Shown in pieces: positions 46,505-57,200 of a stretch of DNA of 64,000 bases. Both the position numbers and the translations under genes were made by a program. The notes below the pieces were generated by a model. The model did not search any database. It had not been told where the DNA came from and saw only the letters and a list, made by a program, of their open reading frames with translations. The first letter of the stretch is position 1. Every line of letters begins with the position of its first letter. Where the stretch lies: positions 204,588-268,587 of the forward strand of contig JAJFLX010000017.1 of the NCBI GenBank assembly GCA_021772465.1. Reading direction: 5' to 3'. The DNA is from Chlamydiota bacterium (lineage in GTDB: Bacteria; Chlamydiota; Chlamydiia; Chlamydiales; JAAKFR01).

Positions 46505-48517
46505 ATGCTGCAATTTTTTCGAAAACATCAGAAATATTTTTTCCTTTTCACCACAGTGATCATTGTACTTAGCTTTGCATTTTTTGGGACTTACCAAGCA
46601 GTAGCTCCGATGTTTCAGAAAAATTGTGACGATGAGACGGCATTTGTTTCTCTCGGGAATAAGAAGATCAAGCGTTCGTATCTCAATCAAATGAGCGCTT
46701 TTTTAAGTCGTGAAGAGTGGATGCAAACGCCGCAAATTTTTGATGTAAATTTTTACAACGACGGAGTTATTTCTAAAGAGTTTCTCGAAGGGGGGATTCT
46801 CGATTCGATGTTGCTTTTCTCGGGACCCCAGTTCGCAGAAGCCCTAGAAGAGAGACGAGGGCGTGAGCAAAATTTCACGCCTTACCGTCACCCCTATCTT
46901 CCTGTGGTTAGCGCGGAGATGGTCTGGTCTTTATTCGCTCCTTCGATTCCAGAGCAATTAGCCGCTCTTCAAGCCTCCGATTCGGTTGATTTCAAAAAGC
47001 GTGTGGATCTGTTTTTATCTGAAAAGCAGTTTCCTCCTTTCTTTTTAACTCAGATGTTGCAGCAACAAGAGAGGGAAAACCCAAGATTTCCTCCCGACCC
47101 GAGGCTTACAAAGGATGTGGTGACTCTTTTTGGATATCATGACCTTGGGGATTGGTTTGGCAAACGATTTTTAGATTGTGCCTCTGAAATTATTATCAAC
47201 ACAGCTGCACTGGCGCGCTCGAAAGGATATCGGGTGACTCGTGAAGAGGCTTTGACTGAGTTGCTTTATAAAAGCCAAAAGACTTACGACATGCTCAATT
47301 CGTATGTGAAACTCCCTATGGAGGATGGAGGAGGGTTTTTTAGCCGCTACCTTCGGACCCATGGCATGGATGAAGCGACTCTTGTGCAGATATGGAGCGA
47401 CATCCTCCTATTTCGAAGGATGTTGGAAGAGGTAGGATCGGTTGCACTTGTCGATCAACTTCCGATCGAACAGTTTTATGGGTATGCTGGGGAGAAGGTA
47501 GCCATTGAGCTTTATCAAATGGTTCCTGAGCTCCGTTTTCAAACAGCTGCTGAGCTCGGTTATTTTGAGAACTACCTCGCTTTGGTAGCGGGCCCTAAAA
47601 AAGATCCCCTCGATGTCCCCAGCGATTTTGCCCCTTTCGAAGAGATTAAACAGAGAGCTCCAGAGCTCATCGGTAAGCGATACCACTTTTACGTGGGCTC
47701 TATATCGACTGAGGCGCTTCAGGCTAAAGTGAGTGTTAAAGAGACTTGGGCTTGGGAGCGTGATCCGAGCCATAAGTCAGAGCTTGAAAAAGCCTTTCCT
47801 CAACTAACTAACAGCTCACTTGATGATATAGACTCGAGAGCAAGACAGAAAATCGATGCCTTCGCTCGAGCTCAAATTGTGGCGGATCATCCCGAGTGGA
47901 TTGATGAAGCTTTGGCAAATGTTTCGATGAAAGAGAAGGAGATCTTCCTCACTCAAAAAACCGAAGAGCCTCTCCCTGGGATTTCAGATTCCCTACGCTT
48001 GGTTCAATTGTTCGATTCTGAAGATGAAGTGGCCAAGTACACTCAAGATGAGCGGCATTATTACCGCTTTATTATTGATGAACGATCTGAAGCTGAAGAG
48101 ATTCTCACTTTCAAAGCAGCGCAAAAGATGGGTTTACTCTCCGCGCAAGAGAGTGAGCTCATCCCCTCTACGCGTTTCAAAACCTTTCTCGAGGCCCATA
48201 AACACAGCCTCCCTGAGGGAGAGCTTTCGAAACAGTGGGGCATAGAGAAAAACGAAAGACTCATTAGCCGCTCTAAGCCGGGTTTGGTGTCTGTAGAACA
48301 TCTCCTAACGCTCAATGAGGGGACGATCTCATCGGTAGCTGTGGATGAAAAAGAGGGCGCTTACTACTACCGGGTCGTCAATAAGTCTATTGACACCACT
48401 GTTCCTGTAGAGAAATGGAGGGAGGTGCAAGCTCTGCTCGCTGGTGAGGCCAGAGGTCTCTTCATCCACTCGGTTATGGAAAAAATTGAAGAGAGGGGGG
48501 CCTCTAGTTGGAAGTAG
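46505..48517 (+). CDS. Conserved chlamydial membrane-anchored protein (CT283-like, SurA/PpiD-type N-terminus)
   Basis: MLQFFRKHQK followed by a TM anchor; size and position between lplA and gcvH. Confidence 0.7.
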   Translation: MLQFFRKHQKYFFLFTTVIIVLSFAFFGTYQAVAPMFQKNCDDETAFVSLGNKKIKRSYLNQMSAFLSREEWMQTPQIFDVNFYNDGVISKEFLEGGILDSMLLFSGPQFAEALEERRGREQNFTPYRHPYLPVVSAEMVWSLFAPSIPEQLAALQASDSVDFKKRVDLFLSEKQFPPFFLTQMLQQQERENPRFPPDPRLTKDVVTLFGYHDLGDWFGKRFLDCASEIIINTAALARSKGYRVTREEALTELLYKSQKTYDMLNSYVKLPMEDGGGFFSRYLRTHGMDEATLVQIWSDILLFRRMLEEVGSVALVDQLPIEQFYGYAGEKVAIELYQMVPELRFQTAAELGYFENYLALVAGPKKDPLDVPSDFAPFEEIKQRAPELIGKRYHFYVGSISTEALQAKVSVKETWAWERDPSHKSELEKAFPQLTNSSLDDIDSRARQKIDAFARAQIVADHPEWIDEALANVSMKEKEIFLTQKTEEPLPGISDSLRLVQLFDSEDEVAKYTQDERHYYRFIIDERSEAEEILTFKAAQKMGLLSAQESELIPSTRFKTFLEAHKHSLPEGELSKQWGIEKNERLISRSKPGLVSVEHLLTLNEGTISSVAVDEKEGAYYYRVVNKSIDTTVPVEKWREVQALLAGEARGLFIHSVMEKIEERGASSWK

Positions 48518-49062
48518 CTCCGCTAACCCCCGTCAGTTTTTTTGCATTTCAGATTGACTGTTTCCACCTCAAAGAGCGATTTACGGATAAACACAAACTG
48601 CCTGATTTATCTTCCTTTCAGGGTGAAATACCTTTTGTCGATTTATTTCTTGGGTGGAATTTGAAGGGGATCTCTGTTCTTTTAGCTGGATCTTTTGATG
48701 CATTGGACTTGTTTCTTGACACGAGAGACCGAAAAACTACAACATTTCCCACCCGGTTCTGTCATCACTTCTATTTTTTGCCAGACAAAGGGGAAGAGGT
48801 GACCCGTTTTCGCACAGACGACGCCCATGAGCTATGCAATCCGAGTCTTCTTCGAATTCAAAAAAAAACCTCTGGGAGATACGAGATTTTTATTCCGAGT
48901 GAGGCCCTGCATGGATTCGATCCGGATGAATTTGATCGTCTTGGTTTTAACTACCGGATTCATTCTGAAGGAAAGCCCACGCAGCAATTTTCTCTTGATG
49001 ATCACGACTTTGTCCCTGAAAAGCACCCTTCGCTTTGGGCTAGCTTAAAACTCAAATCGTAA
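48508..49062 (+). CDS. Hypothetical protein (possible DOMON/CBM9-like beta-sandwich)
   Basis: LGWN..GI, LDTRD, TRFCH.F, EIFIP...LHGFDP, LGFNY, P.LW; TTG start. Confidence 0.6.
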   Translation: MEVAPLTPVSFFAFQIDCFHLKERFTDKHKLPDLSSFQGEIPFVDLFLGWNLKGISVLLAGSFDALDLFLDTRDRKTTTFPTRFCHHFYFLPDKGEEVTRFRTDDAHELCNPSLLRIQKKTSGRYEIFIPSEALHGFDPDEFDRLGFNYRIHSEGKPTQQFSLDDHDFVPEKHPSLWASLKLKS

Positions 49063-49074
49063 AGGAAGAGCGTT

Positions 49075-49434
49075 ATGAAATACACAGAGACACATGATTG
49101 GATCGATCATGAGACGGATAGAGTTACTGTTGGTATCACAAGCCAGGCTCAGCAAGAGCTCGGTGAGATTGTTTATGTAGAGCTCCCAGAAATTGAACGC
49201 TTCGCCCAGGCTGGAGAGCAGGTGGTTGTGCTTGAATCGACTAAGGCTGCGATTGATATCTATGCCCCATTATCTGGTAAGATTGTTGCTGTGAACGAAG
49301 CGCTCCGCTCTTCACCTGAAAAGATCAATGAAGAGCCTGAAGTAGGGGGCTGGCTCTATAAAATTGAACCTACTGAACCTGTAGAGTTCAATGACCTACT
49401 TGATAAGACGAGCTATGAAGCTCTTCTCTCTTGA
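49075..49434 (+). CDS. gcvH: Glycine cleavage H protein (lipoyl carrier)
   Basis: YT.THDW, GIT..AQ..LGEIVYVELP, ESTKAA lipoyl-Lys, GWL. Confidence 0.96.
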   Translation: MKYTETHDWIDHETDRVTVGITSQAQQELGEIVYVELPEIERFAQAGEQVVVLESTKAAIDIYAPLSGKIVAVNEALRSSPEKINEEPEVGGWLYKIEPTEPVEFNDLLDKTSYEALLS

Positions 49435-49461
49435 GGCTAAGCAATATAAGCTTGGCTTTTT
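49434..49461 (+). terminator. Intrinsic terminator after gcvH
   Basis: AGGCTAAGC-AATATAA-GCTTGGCTT stem-loop followed by a T run. Confidence 0.5.
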
Positions 49462-49586
49462 ATTAAAAATTCTTGCCTGTAAAATCCAATCAAACATTTT
49501 TTTTGAAGCCTACTATTCCTGTTGGTCTTATGAAATAAGGACATTGCATTAGGCTCATTTCTCATCACCCACAACCCTGGCTTAAG

Positions 49587-50249
49587 ATGAGTAAGAGTGC
49601 GTGCATGATCACAGCTAGTTCTGCGGGTGGTGGGGTCGTGTGCTTGCTAGGTGCACTGGGGTTTCGAGTATTTTCGAAGCATCGGTCCCAGTCTTCTCCT
49701 TCTAAAGACTCAGAGCCAGTCGATATTGTGACTGTTGACGAGCGTGGTAGGACATGCTTGCATTTAGCTGCCAAGCGTGGTGACGTGGAAACCTTACAAC
49801 AGCTAATTGGTGCTGGAGCCAAGGTGGATGCTGTTGACGCATTTGGTCGAACAGCACTCCATTTTGCCGCCAGTAATGACAAAGGAGAGGTTGTCAAAGT
49901 TCTTATCGAAGCTAAAGCCAAGATTGATACTGTTATCAAATATGCTGGGACAGCACTCTTTACTGCCGCCAGGCATGGCACTGAGATAAAAATTCAACAC
50001 CTGATCGATGCTGGAATCGATGTTAATGCTGTTGACCGTGAAGGTCGGACAGCACTCTATTTTGCCGCCACACGTAACCTTGACTTGGGCATCATTGACA
50101 AACTCGTTCATTGTCTGCTCGAAGCTAAAGCCTACCCAAATTCAATTGGCAAGGATGGTTTCCGAAAAATTAAAAGTGAAAGAGCTGCTTTTAAATTAGT
50201 TGAGAAAGGTTTTAGCCTACTTGATCTTGATGAGCTGATCGAATATTGA
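49587..50249 (+). CDS. Ankyrin-repeat protein with N-terminal hydrophobic segment
   Basis: About four repeats: GRTCLHLAA, GRTALHFAA, GTALFTAA, GRTALYFAA. Confidence 0.9.
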   Translation: MSKSACMITASSAGGGVVCLLGALGFRVFSKHRSQSSPSKDSEPVDIVTVDERGRTCLHLAAKRGDVETLQQLIGAGAKVDAVDAFGRTALHFAASNDKGEVVKVLIEAKAKIDTVIKYAGTALFTAARHGTEIKIQHLIDAGIDVNAVDREGRTALYFAATRNLDLGIIDKLVHCLLEAKAYPNSIGKDGFRKIKSERAAFKLVEKGFSLLDLDELIEY

Positions 50250-50364
50250 AAAAAAACGTTCCCTGTTGTGGCTTTCCGTACTCTGGGTCGCGAAAAGTGG
50301 GCCGATTATTTTCCTGAAGCAGTGAACCTCCCACTCATCTCCATCAACACCCTGAGGCATTTTC

Positions 50365-51087
50365 TTAGGTTCTAGCGATGGGCGTCTCACCAGTTCTGAA
50401 ATCGCTCTCTTGAGTAGTCGGCAAGTCCTGCCCTTTAGGCGTAGCCAAATCAATCCCAAGAAGACCCATAAATGCCATAGACATGAGTCCTGTCATAATG
50501 AAAGTGATACCCATTCCCTGAAGCCCTCTCGGAACATGCGAGTAGGTGAGCTTCTCGCGTATGGCTGAGATAAGTGCAATGGCAAGCCACCAACCGAGCC
50601 CCGCACCAAAAGAGAAGACGAGATTGGCAATCAACGGATACTCACGAGTGGTTGCAAAGAGCACCCCCCCCAAAATAGCGCAGTTCACCGTAATGAGAGG
50701 AAGATACATCCCCAAAGCATGATAAAGAGGGGGAGAAAACCTTTCGATAACAATTTCAAGAACCTGCACAAAGGCTGCAATGACACTGATAAAGACAATC
50801 AAATTAAGAAAACTCAAATCAAGCTCCGCTGTGTTCAGGCCAATGAAACTAAGCCAAGCAAGCGCCCCCTTCCCCGTAATGAATTGGTTGACAAACCAGT
50901 TAAGCACACCCGAGGCTGTCAAAACAATCGTGACTGCCAGACCCAGTCCATTGGCTGTACTCACCCTGTTGGAACAAGCCAGGTAACTGCACATTCCCAA
51001 AAAATACGAGAGCAAAATATTCTGGATAAAGACCGACTGGATAAGTAATCCCAGTAAGTTAAGCGGTGTGTAATCTCCCATCCACAT
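50365..51087 (-). CDS. nqrE: Na+-translocating NADH:quinone reductase subunit E
   Basis: FLGMCSYLA, LPLITVNCAILG, GLMSMAF. Confidence 0.95.
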   Translation of the reverse strand: MWMGDYTPLNLLGLLIQSVFIQNILLSYFLGMCSYLACSNRVSTANGLGLAVTIVLTASGVLNWFVNQFITGKGALAWLSFIGLNTAELDLSFLNLIVFISVIAAFVQVLEIVIERFSPPLYHALGMYLPLITVNCAILGGVLFATTREYPLIANLVFSFGAGLGWWLAIALISAIREKLTYSHVPRGLQGMGITFIMTGLMSMAFMGLLGIDLATPKGQDLPTTQESDFRTGETPIART

Positions 51088-51098
51088 TGATCTTACCT

Positions 51099-51743
51099 CT
51101 AGTAGGCTGGTTTATCAGGTTTAGTTATCAAATTGGCAATCCAGATGAAAAAACCTAAGATAAAGAAGGCAGCAGGTGCTAACACCATGATCCCAATATT
51201 TTGATAAGCGTCAGGATGCTCAGCAGTTACATACCACGATTGAGGAATAAGCTGGAATCCGAAGAGCTGACCAAAACCAAAAAATTCTCGCAACCCTGCC
51301 ACGCAGAAAAGAATATAAGCATAACCTAGACCAGCTGCGAGTCCATCGAGAAAAGCAGGAATAGGAGGGACGTTACGCGCCATGCTCTCAGTGCGCCCCA
51401 TGACGATGCAATTGGTAATGATTAAGCCGACAAAAACACTGAGGGTCTTGGATATGTTGAAGAAGTACGCCCGCAGGAATTGATCGACGATGATCACAAA
51501 GCTCGAAATGATAGCTAATTGGGTGATCATCCGAACGCTGTCGGGAGTAAAACGTCTAAAAAGGGAGACAAAAAAACACGAAAAACCCGTTACAAAGCTC
51601 ACTGCAATGCCCATGGTAATGGCAGTGTCAAGTGTGGTCGTTACAGCAAGGGCCGAACAGATTCCCAAGATAGCTACGAGGATCTGATTGTTTTTCCATA
51701 GAGGATCAAAAAAGTAATTTTTAAGAGGCTGAGTCATCTGCAC
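51099..51743 (-). CDS. nqrD: Na+-NQR subunit D
   Basis: [25 protein letters not shown]. Confidence 0.96.
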   Translation of the reverse strand: MQMTQPLKNYFFDPLWKNNQILVAILGICSALAVTTTLDTAITMGIAVSFVTGFSCFFVSLFRRFTPDSVRMITQLAIISSFVIIVDQFLRAYFFNISKTLSVFVGLIITNCIVMGRTESMARNVPPIPAFLDGLAAGLGYAYILFCVAGLREFFGFGQLFGFQLIPQSWYVTAEHPDAYQNIGIMVLAPAAFFILGFFIWIANLITKPDKPAY

Positions 51744-52674
51744 TCTCCTTGTGAAGCTCGATCAATAAGGGGCGATAAGGTGTAAGCGAGTTTTTGTAAG
51801 CCGCCGTTACCCCATCACCTGTGAGAGTAGCACCTGACATGCCATCGACTGCACTTTTCGCCTTCGGGCTACTTCCGTAAACATCTTGGACCTTGCCCTT
51901 CACGACAATGATGCCGAGGTTTGCGGTTTGGAAATCTGTAGAACCACCTGAAGGAGCTTGAAAAATCTGCTTCTCGAAAAATTGCTTCTGCCATTGAGCT
52001 GATGCTATATTAGCACCAAGCCCTGGTGTCTCCCCATGGTCGTACCATGTCGTGCCAATAACACTATTCCCATTCGGCTCAATAGCTAGGTAGCCATAAA
52101 TCGGGCCCCAAAGGCCAAAGCCGGAGATGGGAATAACAAGAGCGTAAGCCTTAGAAAGGTCTTCGGCTAAAGCCTCAGAGGTGATAGATCGAGAATCTGC
52201 TTGATTGGGAAGAATTGCATAGAAAAGCTTATTAGGAAGATTGGCATACCCCGCTTTTTGATTTTTCTCTAAATACTCAGAGAGGGTGAGGTTCATTTTT
52301 TCAAGGGTATAAACCTCTCCTTTGGCATTTGTAAAAAGGGGGCGAATTCGACTCTCAGAGATCGCTTTAATCTCATCGACAGTCGCTTGAGGTGGCTCCC
52401 CTTCTGTGGGTACAATCACATCCTGCTGCAGGTCATAGCGGGCTGGAAGGATCTTGCCCTCTTCGAGGAGCTGAAATACATCACTGTGGTTGAGGATCTT
52501 TGCAGCAATGAGCATCTGCTTGCTCTCGTCGAACTCCTTTGCCTCTTTTTGGGGACCGCTTAAAAAGTAAGCGACGATAGCGAGTAAAAAAGCGCAAATA
52601 AAACAGAGTGAGATGACAAAAAGAAGGACTTGAAAGTCAGTGTGAGGAGCGCGCTTAGACTTGGATTCGACCAC
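51721..52674 (-). CDS. nqrC: Na+-NQR subunit C
   Basis: [27 protein letters not shown] site. Confidence 0.96.
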   Translation of the reverse strand: MVESKSKRAPHTDFQVLLFVISLCFICAFLLAIVAYFLSGPQKEAKEFDESKQMLIAAKILNHSDVFQLLEEGKILPARYDLQQDVIVPTEGEPPQATVDEIKAISESRIRPLFTNAKGEVYTLEKMNLTLSEYLEKNQKAGYANLPNKLFYAILPNQADSRSITSEALAEDLSKAYALVIPISGFGLWGPIYGYLAIEPNGNSVIGTTWYDHGETPGLGANIASAQWQKQFFEKQIFQAPSGGSTDFQTANLGIIVVKGKVQDVYGSSPKAKSAVDGMSGATLTGDGVTAAYKNSLTPYRPLLIELHKESADDSAS

Positions 52675-54190
52675 GGACCGCCCTCCTTCGATAATTTCTG
52701 ACCACGTAGTAGTCGATCAAAGGGGCAAAGACGTTGCCAAAAAGAATCGCGAGCATCACCCCTTCAGGGAAGGCAGGATTGACAAGGCGGATCATGATGG
52801 TGACAACACCTATTAAAGCTCCATAGATCCATTTAGCTCCCCGCATACCAGGAGAACTCACCGGCTCTGTTGCCATAAAAACTAGCCCAAAAGCGAGAGA
52901 CCCCATGAAAAATTGGCGGTAGGCAGGCATTGCAAAGCGAGCAGGGTTCCAAGCCCCTCCATCACCCCCCAGATGGGTCGCAAAAAATTCGAAAATAGAG
53001 GCCATCAAAAAAGCGCCCAGTCCATAGGCGACCATCGTGCGCCAGGCGCCAATTCCAGTATAGATGAGCAAAAGAGCTCCTAAGATACAAGCTACAGTAG
53101 ACGTCTCGCCCATACTTCCCGGAACATTGCCCCAAAAAAGGTTTCCATCGGTGAAACGTCCCAAACCATAGATCGATTCAGTCGCTGAGTAAGCTGAAGT
53201 GTAGTTGCCAGGAAGCAGTCCAAGGCCTCCATCTTCCAAAGGGCCCGTTACGAAAGCGCGCAAGCTTTCAGAAGAGATCTCTGATAGGCTCGCACTCTCA
53301 CCCGCTGCAGAGGACCACTTCTCAAAATGATTTTCAACGAGAGCAAAATTGGAGGCTCGATTGCCGATAGAGTGGGCAGCAATGGCATCAATATGGATCT
53401 GTTTCACCTCGTTTGTAGCCTGATTGAGTCCTTGCAAGGCTGTTGCTTGAGTGAAACCATCGATCTCATTTAGCCCTGCCTTGGAGTTCATCTCTTGTAG
53501 ACTCATTGCAACGCGTGTCGGGTTTGTGCCCACCCAGATATCGCCCGTCATTGTGCCAGGAAAAGCAAAGAAGAGAAAAGCTCGCGCCGTAAGAGCCGGG
53601 TTGAGGATATTCATCCCCGTTCCGCCAAAAAGCTCTTTACCGACAACGACCCCAAAGGCTACTCCAAGAGCCACCATCCAGTAGGGAATTGTGGCGGGCA
53701 GTGCAAGAGGATAAAGAATGCCGGTCACAAGGAAACCCTCTGCGATTTCATGTCCGCGGACAGAAGCAATGAGCCCCTCACAGATCCCGCCGACACCATA
53801 GCTGATGAGCATGATAGGTAGAAAAGCAAGCGCCCCCAATTTTAAAATGGTAAGGTACCTTCCCTCGGAGAAAGTGAAGTCAAAGTAGCCCTTGAAAGAG
53901 TGAGAGGCGTCGAGGTACTGGCTCATGAGCTCAGGACTGCCACTCGTGTAGACGAGCTTTTGGAGTCCTGTATTCCAAATTGCCATGACAATAGCTGGAA
54001 GAAGAGCGATCACGACAATCACCATCCACCGTTTCACATCGATTGCGTCTCGGATAAAAGGAGCTGTTCTCGTATTTAGAGGCGCTTCGTAGCAGAAAGC
54101 ATCAAGCGCTGAAACAAAAGGGCGAAACCTGTGAAGAGGCTTTCCCTTTTCGAAAAATGAGAGCTGAAAGTTCAAAAATCGTCGAAGCAT
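52655..54190 (-). CDS. nqrB: Na+-NQR subunit B
   Basis: RDAID.KR.M, FGGTGMN..NPAL, DGFTQAT, GSMGETS, FMATEPVS. Confidence 0.96.
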   Translation of the reverse strand: MLRRFLNFQLSFFEKGKPLHRFRPFVSALDAFCYEAPLNTRTAPFIRDAIDVKRWMVIVVIALLPAIVMAIWNTGLQKLVYTSGSPELMSQYLDASHSFKGYFDFTFSEGRYLTILKLGALAFLPIMLISYGVGGICEGLIASVRGHEIAEGFLVTGILYPLALPATIPYWMVALGVAFGVVVGKELFGGTGMNILNPALTARAFLFFAFPGTMTGDIWVGTNPTRVAMSLQEMNSKAGLNEIDGFTQATALQGLNQATNEVKQIHIDAIAAHSIGNRASNFALVENHFEKWSSAAGESASLSEISSESLRAFVTGPLEDGGLGLLPGNYTSAYSATESIYGLGRFTDGNLFWGNVPGSMGETSTVACILGALLLIYTGIGAWRTMVAYGLGAFLMASIFEFFATHLGGDGGAWNPARFAMPAYRQFFMGSLAFGLVFMATEPVSSPGMRGAKWIYGALIGVVTIMIRLVNPAFPEGVMLAILFGNVFAPLIDYYVVRNYRRRAVRGRIQV

Positions 54191-54228
54191 AGTCTTATTA
54201 ACGCAAACTACCAAAGTTTAGTGAAATT

Positions 54229-54257
54229 TTGAAGAGAAATTCAACATCGAGTATTCT
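54229..54257 (+). promoter_or_regulatory. Promoter giving a likely leaderless mRNA for the 1339-aa gene
   Basis: TTGAAG-17 nt-TATTCT, 6 nt before ATG 54264; no SD. Confidence 0.5.
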
Positions 54258-54263
54258 CTAATC

Positions 54264-57200
54264 ATGTGGAAGAGGGGCATTGGGATCATCTATCTAGGGC
54301 TGCTCATCTGTGGAGCTCTGTTTTCTGAGCCGCTTGTCCTTCATCTCTTTAAGCATCAGTCGACCCGCTTTCTTAAAAAGAATCTCGGAATGGAGTTAGT
54401 CAGCGATGCATGGCTTTTGCAACAGGGAAAAATTACCATCTCCCATGGAGAGCTTCTTAAGAGAGGGGCTTTCGAGGCGAGTTTTTCTAAGCTCTATTTT
54501 ACCCCCTCTTTTTTGTGGAAGAGGCGGAAATTGGGGGGAGAGCTCCTTCTTAAGGAGGTAGAGGTGAGCTATCAGAAAAGCGCCTCGACACCTACGTGGA
54601 AGGTGCCTGGATGGCTTGAGCTGCAGACGCATATTCAAGGGGGAACTCTCTCACTTGATGGGACACTTTTTGGAATCGAAGTAGACCACCTGATTTCTGC
54701 GGGAGAGATAGAGGGAGTTGTAGCTCTAAGTGCTCCTCTAGGCGATCCCCCTCTTCTCACTTATTTTCATCAAAATAGGGAGCAAAATGTAGATCTTAAA
54801 ACGGAGTTGCATGCCCATCGCGTCGATGCGATCTACTCGCTTTTGACCTATTTTTTTGGTAAAGATCTCCCCGACCTCATGCGAGGATGGGAGCCGAAAA
54901 CTGGACGGCTAAAAGGCAGTCTCGCCATTACCCTTAAAGGAAATAGCCTTGGTATGGCTAGAGGAAAGCTCGAAATTTCCTCAGTGGAGGCAAAAAACTT
55001 AGATCTAGAAATCCAAGGGGAGCTAGACCGCCTTTTTGCTGAGTTCGACATCAATCTTGAGTCAGTTGAAACGATGGAGGGACTCTTTTCGATAGAAGGA
55101 GGACGGCTCTCTTTTGAGGAGGGAGTTTGGGATCTCACCGACTTAAACACCCACATCTGCATCGAAGCGGGGAGAGTTCTTCACTCACGCTTTGAAGGCA
55201 GTTTGATGGGCATCAAAGGAGAGCTTTTTCTCGATTGGAGCTCACCTGAACTTCTGATGGAGCTCGAATTGGCGGCCGATTCACACCAACTCGAGAGCTG
55301 GGTTCCTCGACGATTTCTCCAGGTTTTTCCGGATGATCACTTTGTGTTAAATGCAAGTCTAAGTCGTTTAGGTGAAGAGTTAGATCTGGTGGGCGAAGTC
55401 GAGGTGAACTTCAACGAGCGGCTCGAATTTGGGTGCCACTTTGACCCCTTGCTTGTAAGTACAAAGGAGACTTTTTTAGGAAAAATACTCGAACAGTTTG
55501 GATGGGGTCACCAAAGATCGGGGTGGGTGCGAGGCGTATGCTTTCCGCTCGAGCAGTACCTCTCTCCAGCCTTTTTTCCAGGACTCACTTTGCAACTCGC
55601 TGGAGAGCTCTCTTTTGAGGGGACATTCGATAATGAGGAGCTCACTCTTTACTATGCCTCCCCAAGTCTTCAACTCGAGAGCCCTCATTTTTTGCTAAAA
55701 GCCTCAAATATTGAAAAAGGAATCCATACGATTGACTTGAAAACGCAAAAGCACTGGGGTGAACTCCCTCTAAAAGCGACAGAGTTTTTTCACAAACGTC
55801 ACCAGTTTCATCTGACAGAGGGGAGTGGAATCGCTCACATAGAGGGTCAAAATATCTCAATAGAAGGCGTTACGATCTATTCCGATGCACTTTGCATGCA
55901 AGGCGCGGTTGAGCTTGAAGTGCAAGCATTTGATGATATTGATCTCTCGCTTCATGCCAACTCCCTCGCAGGACCTCTCGAGGACGCAGTCGCATTTCTC
56001 TCACATTTTAAGCCGGCAATTTTCAGTGCGCTTCCCCTTCGAGGAGAACTTTTTTCAGAGGGGAGGGTGTTTGATTTTCACTACCACTTCTCTCCAAGGC
56101 CGAAACTCCTGTCGGGTGAGTTTTTTGCAGAGTTGCAAGCCGAGCTTCACACCCCTTTTTTTTCCATCCATATTGAGAGATCAGCTCTTGAGTACGATTG
56201 GGCAGCAAACACCCTCTCTTTTGCTGGCAGCACAGGGAGACTTGAAATGGGTGCAGGGCTGGGTTCTATTGCTTTTGAACTGCCGACGCTCGCTTTTTCA
56301 AACTTCTCTGAGCTCGAAGTAGCGCTTGCAATCGAGACTCCTTTTTTTGCAGCTCAGGGGTCTATGGAGAAAGGAGATTTCTCTCTCAAAGGAGAGGGGG
56401 TTGAAGTGTTTGCCACGCAAATTGGAAAGACCCTTCACATCGCAAATTGCGGGTATGGTCCCTACTGCGCTGGAGGAATGGTGAGTTGGGATGATCACTC
56501 CATCTCGATCGATTCTCTCGAACTTCGAGGTGAAAATCAGGGGGAAGTGACCATTGCAGGTCATTTTGATCGTTCAAAGCGAGAGTTTTTCGGTGAGATA
56601 CAATCTGTGGATTGGCAATTGAGCCGCTTAGAATCGAAGTGGAAACCTCAAGGGCGAGTAAAGGGTCAAGGAGCTTTAAATTGGTCTAGATCTAAAGGTC
56701 TAGAAGCTACAATCGAGGCAGGGGTGGAGGCTCTCTCTTTAGCAGGGATTCAGTTTGGCACAAGTGAGCATTTGAGTGGGTCTTACACGCGCGAGGGGGG
56801 GCTAGTTATTGAGGGGTTGAAAGCAGCGACTCCCTCGGGGGAGCTGTATCAACTCGGAAGCTTCAATTACCACATAGGGAGCAAGAAAGTTTTCTTTCAG
56901 GGGCTCGATTTTTCCCTGCCAGCTGAAAAAATTCCCTGGGCAGCCGATCTTGCTTCTACCCTCTTTCCAGGCTTTGTTCACTCAGCTCTTCACGAACTGG
57001 CCCTCGAAGTGAAGCAGAAAGAGCCTCTCGAAGGGTGCCTCTCGATTGAAATGCATCCCGATAATTTGTGGATCTACCTTCGGCTCCGAGATGGTCGCTA
57101 CTATCTTTGGGATCGCCCTCTTGATTTGAAAAACTTTTTGCTGGTCTATGACCCTCAACAGCTCGAGGTGCAAACAGAATGCAATATAAATGAGAGAGAG

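Noticed and set aside
45744-49434. gcvH without gcvP/gcvT, and nqrBCDE without nqrA/nqrF, as novel systems
   Set aside because: Both arrangements are standard in Chlamydia
50217-50459. 80-aa minus ORF or possible structured RNA between the ankyrin gene and nqrE
   Set aside because: ORF overlaps both neighbours; a GGAAAGCCAC stretch loosely recalls a riboswitch, but I could not fold a matching structure
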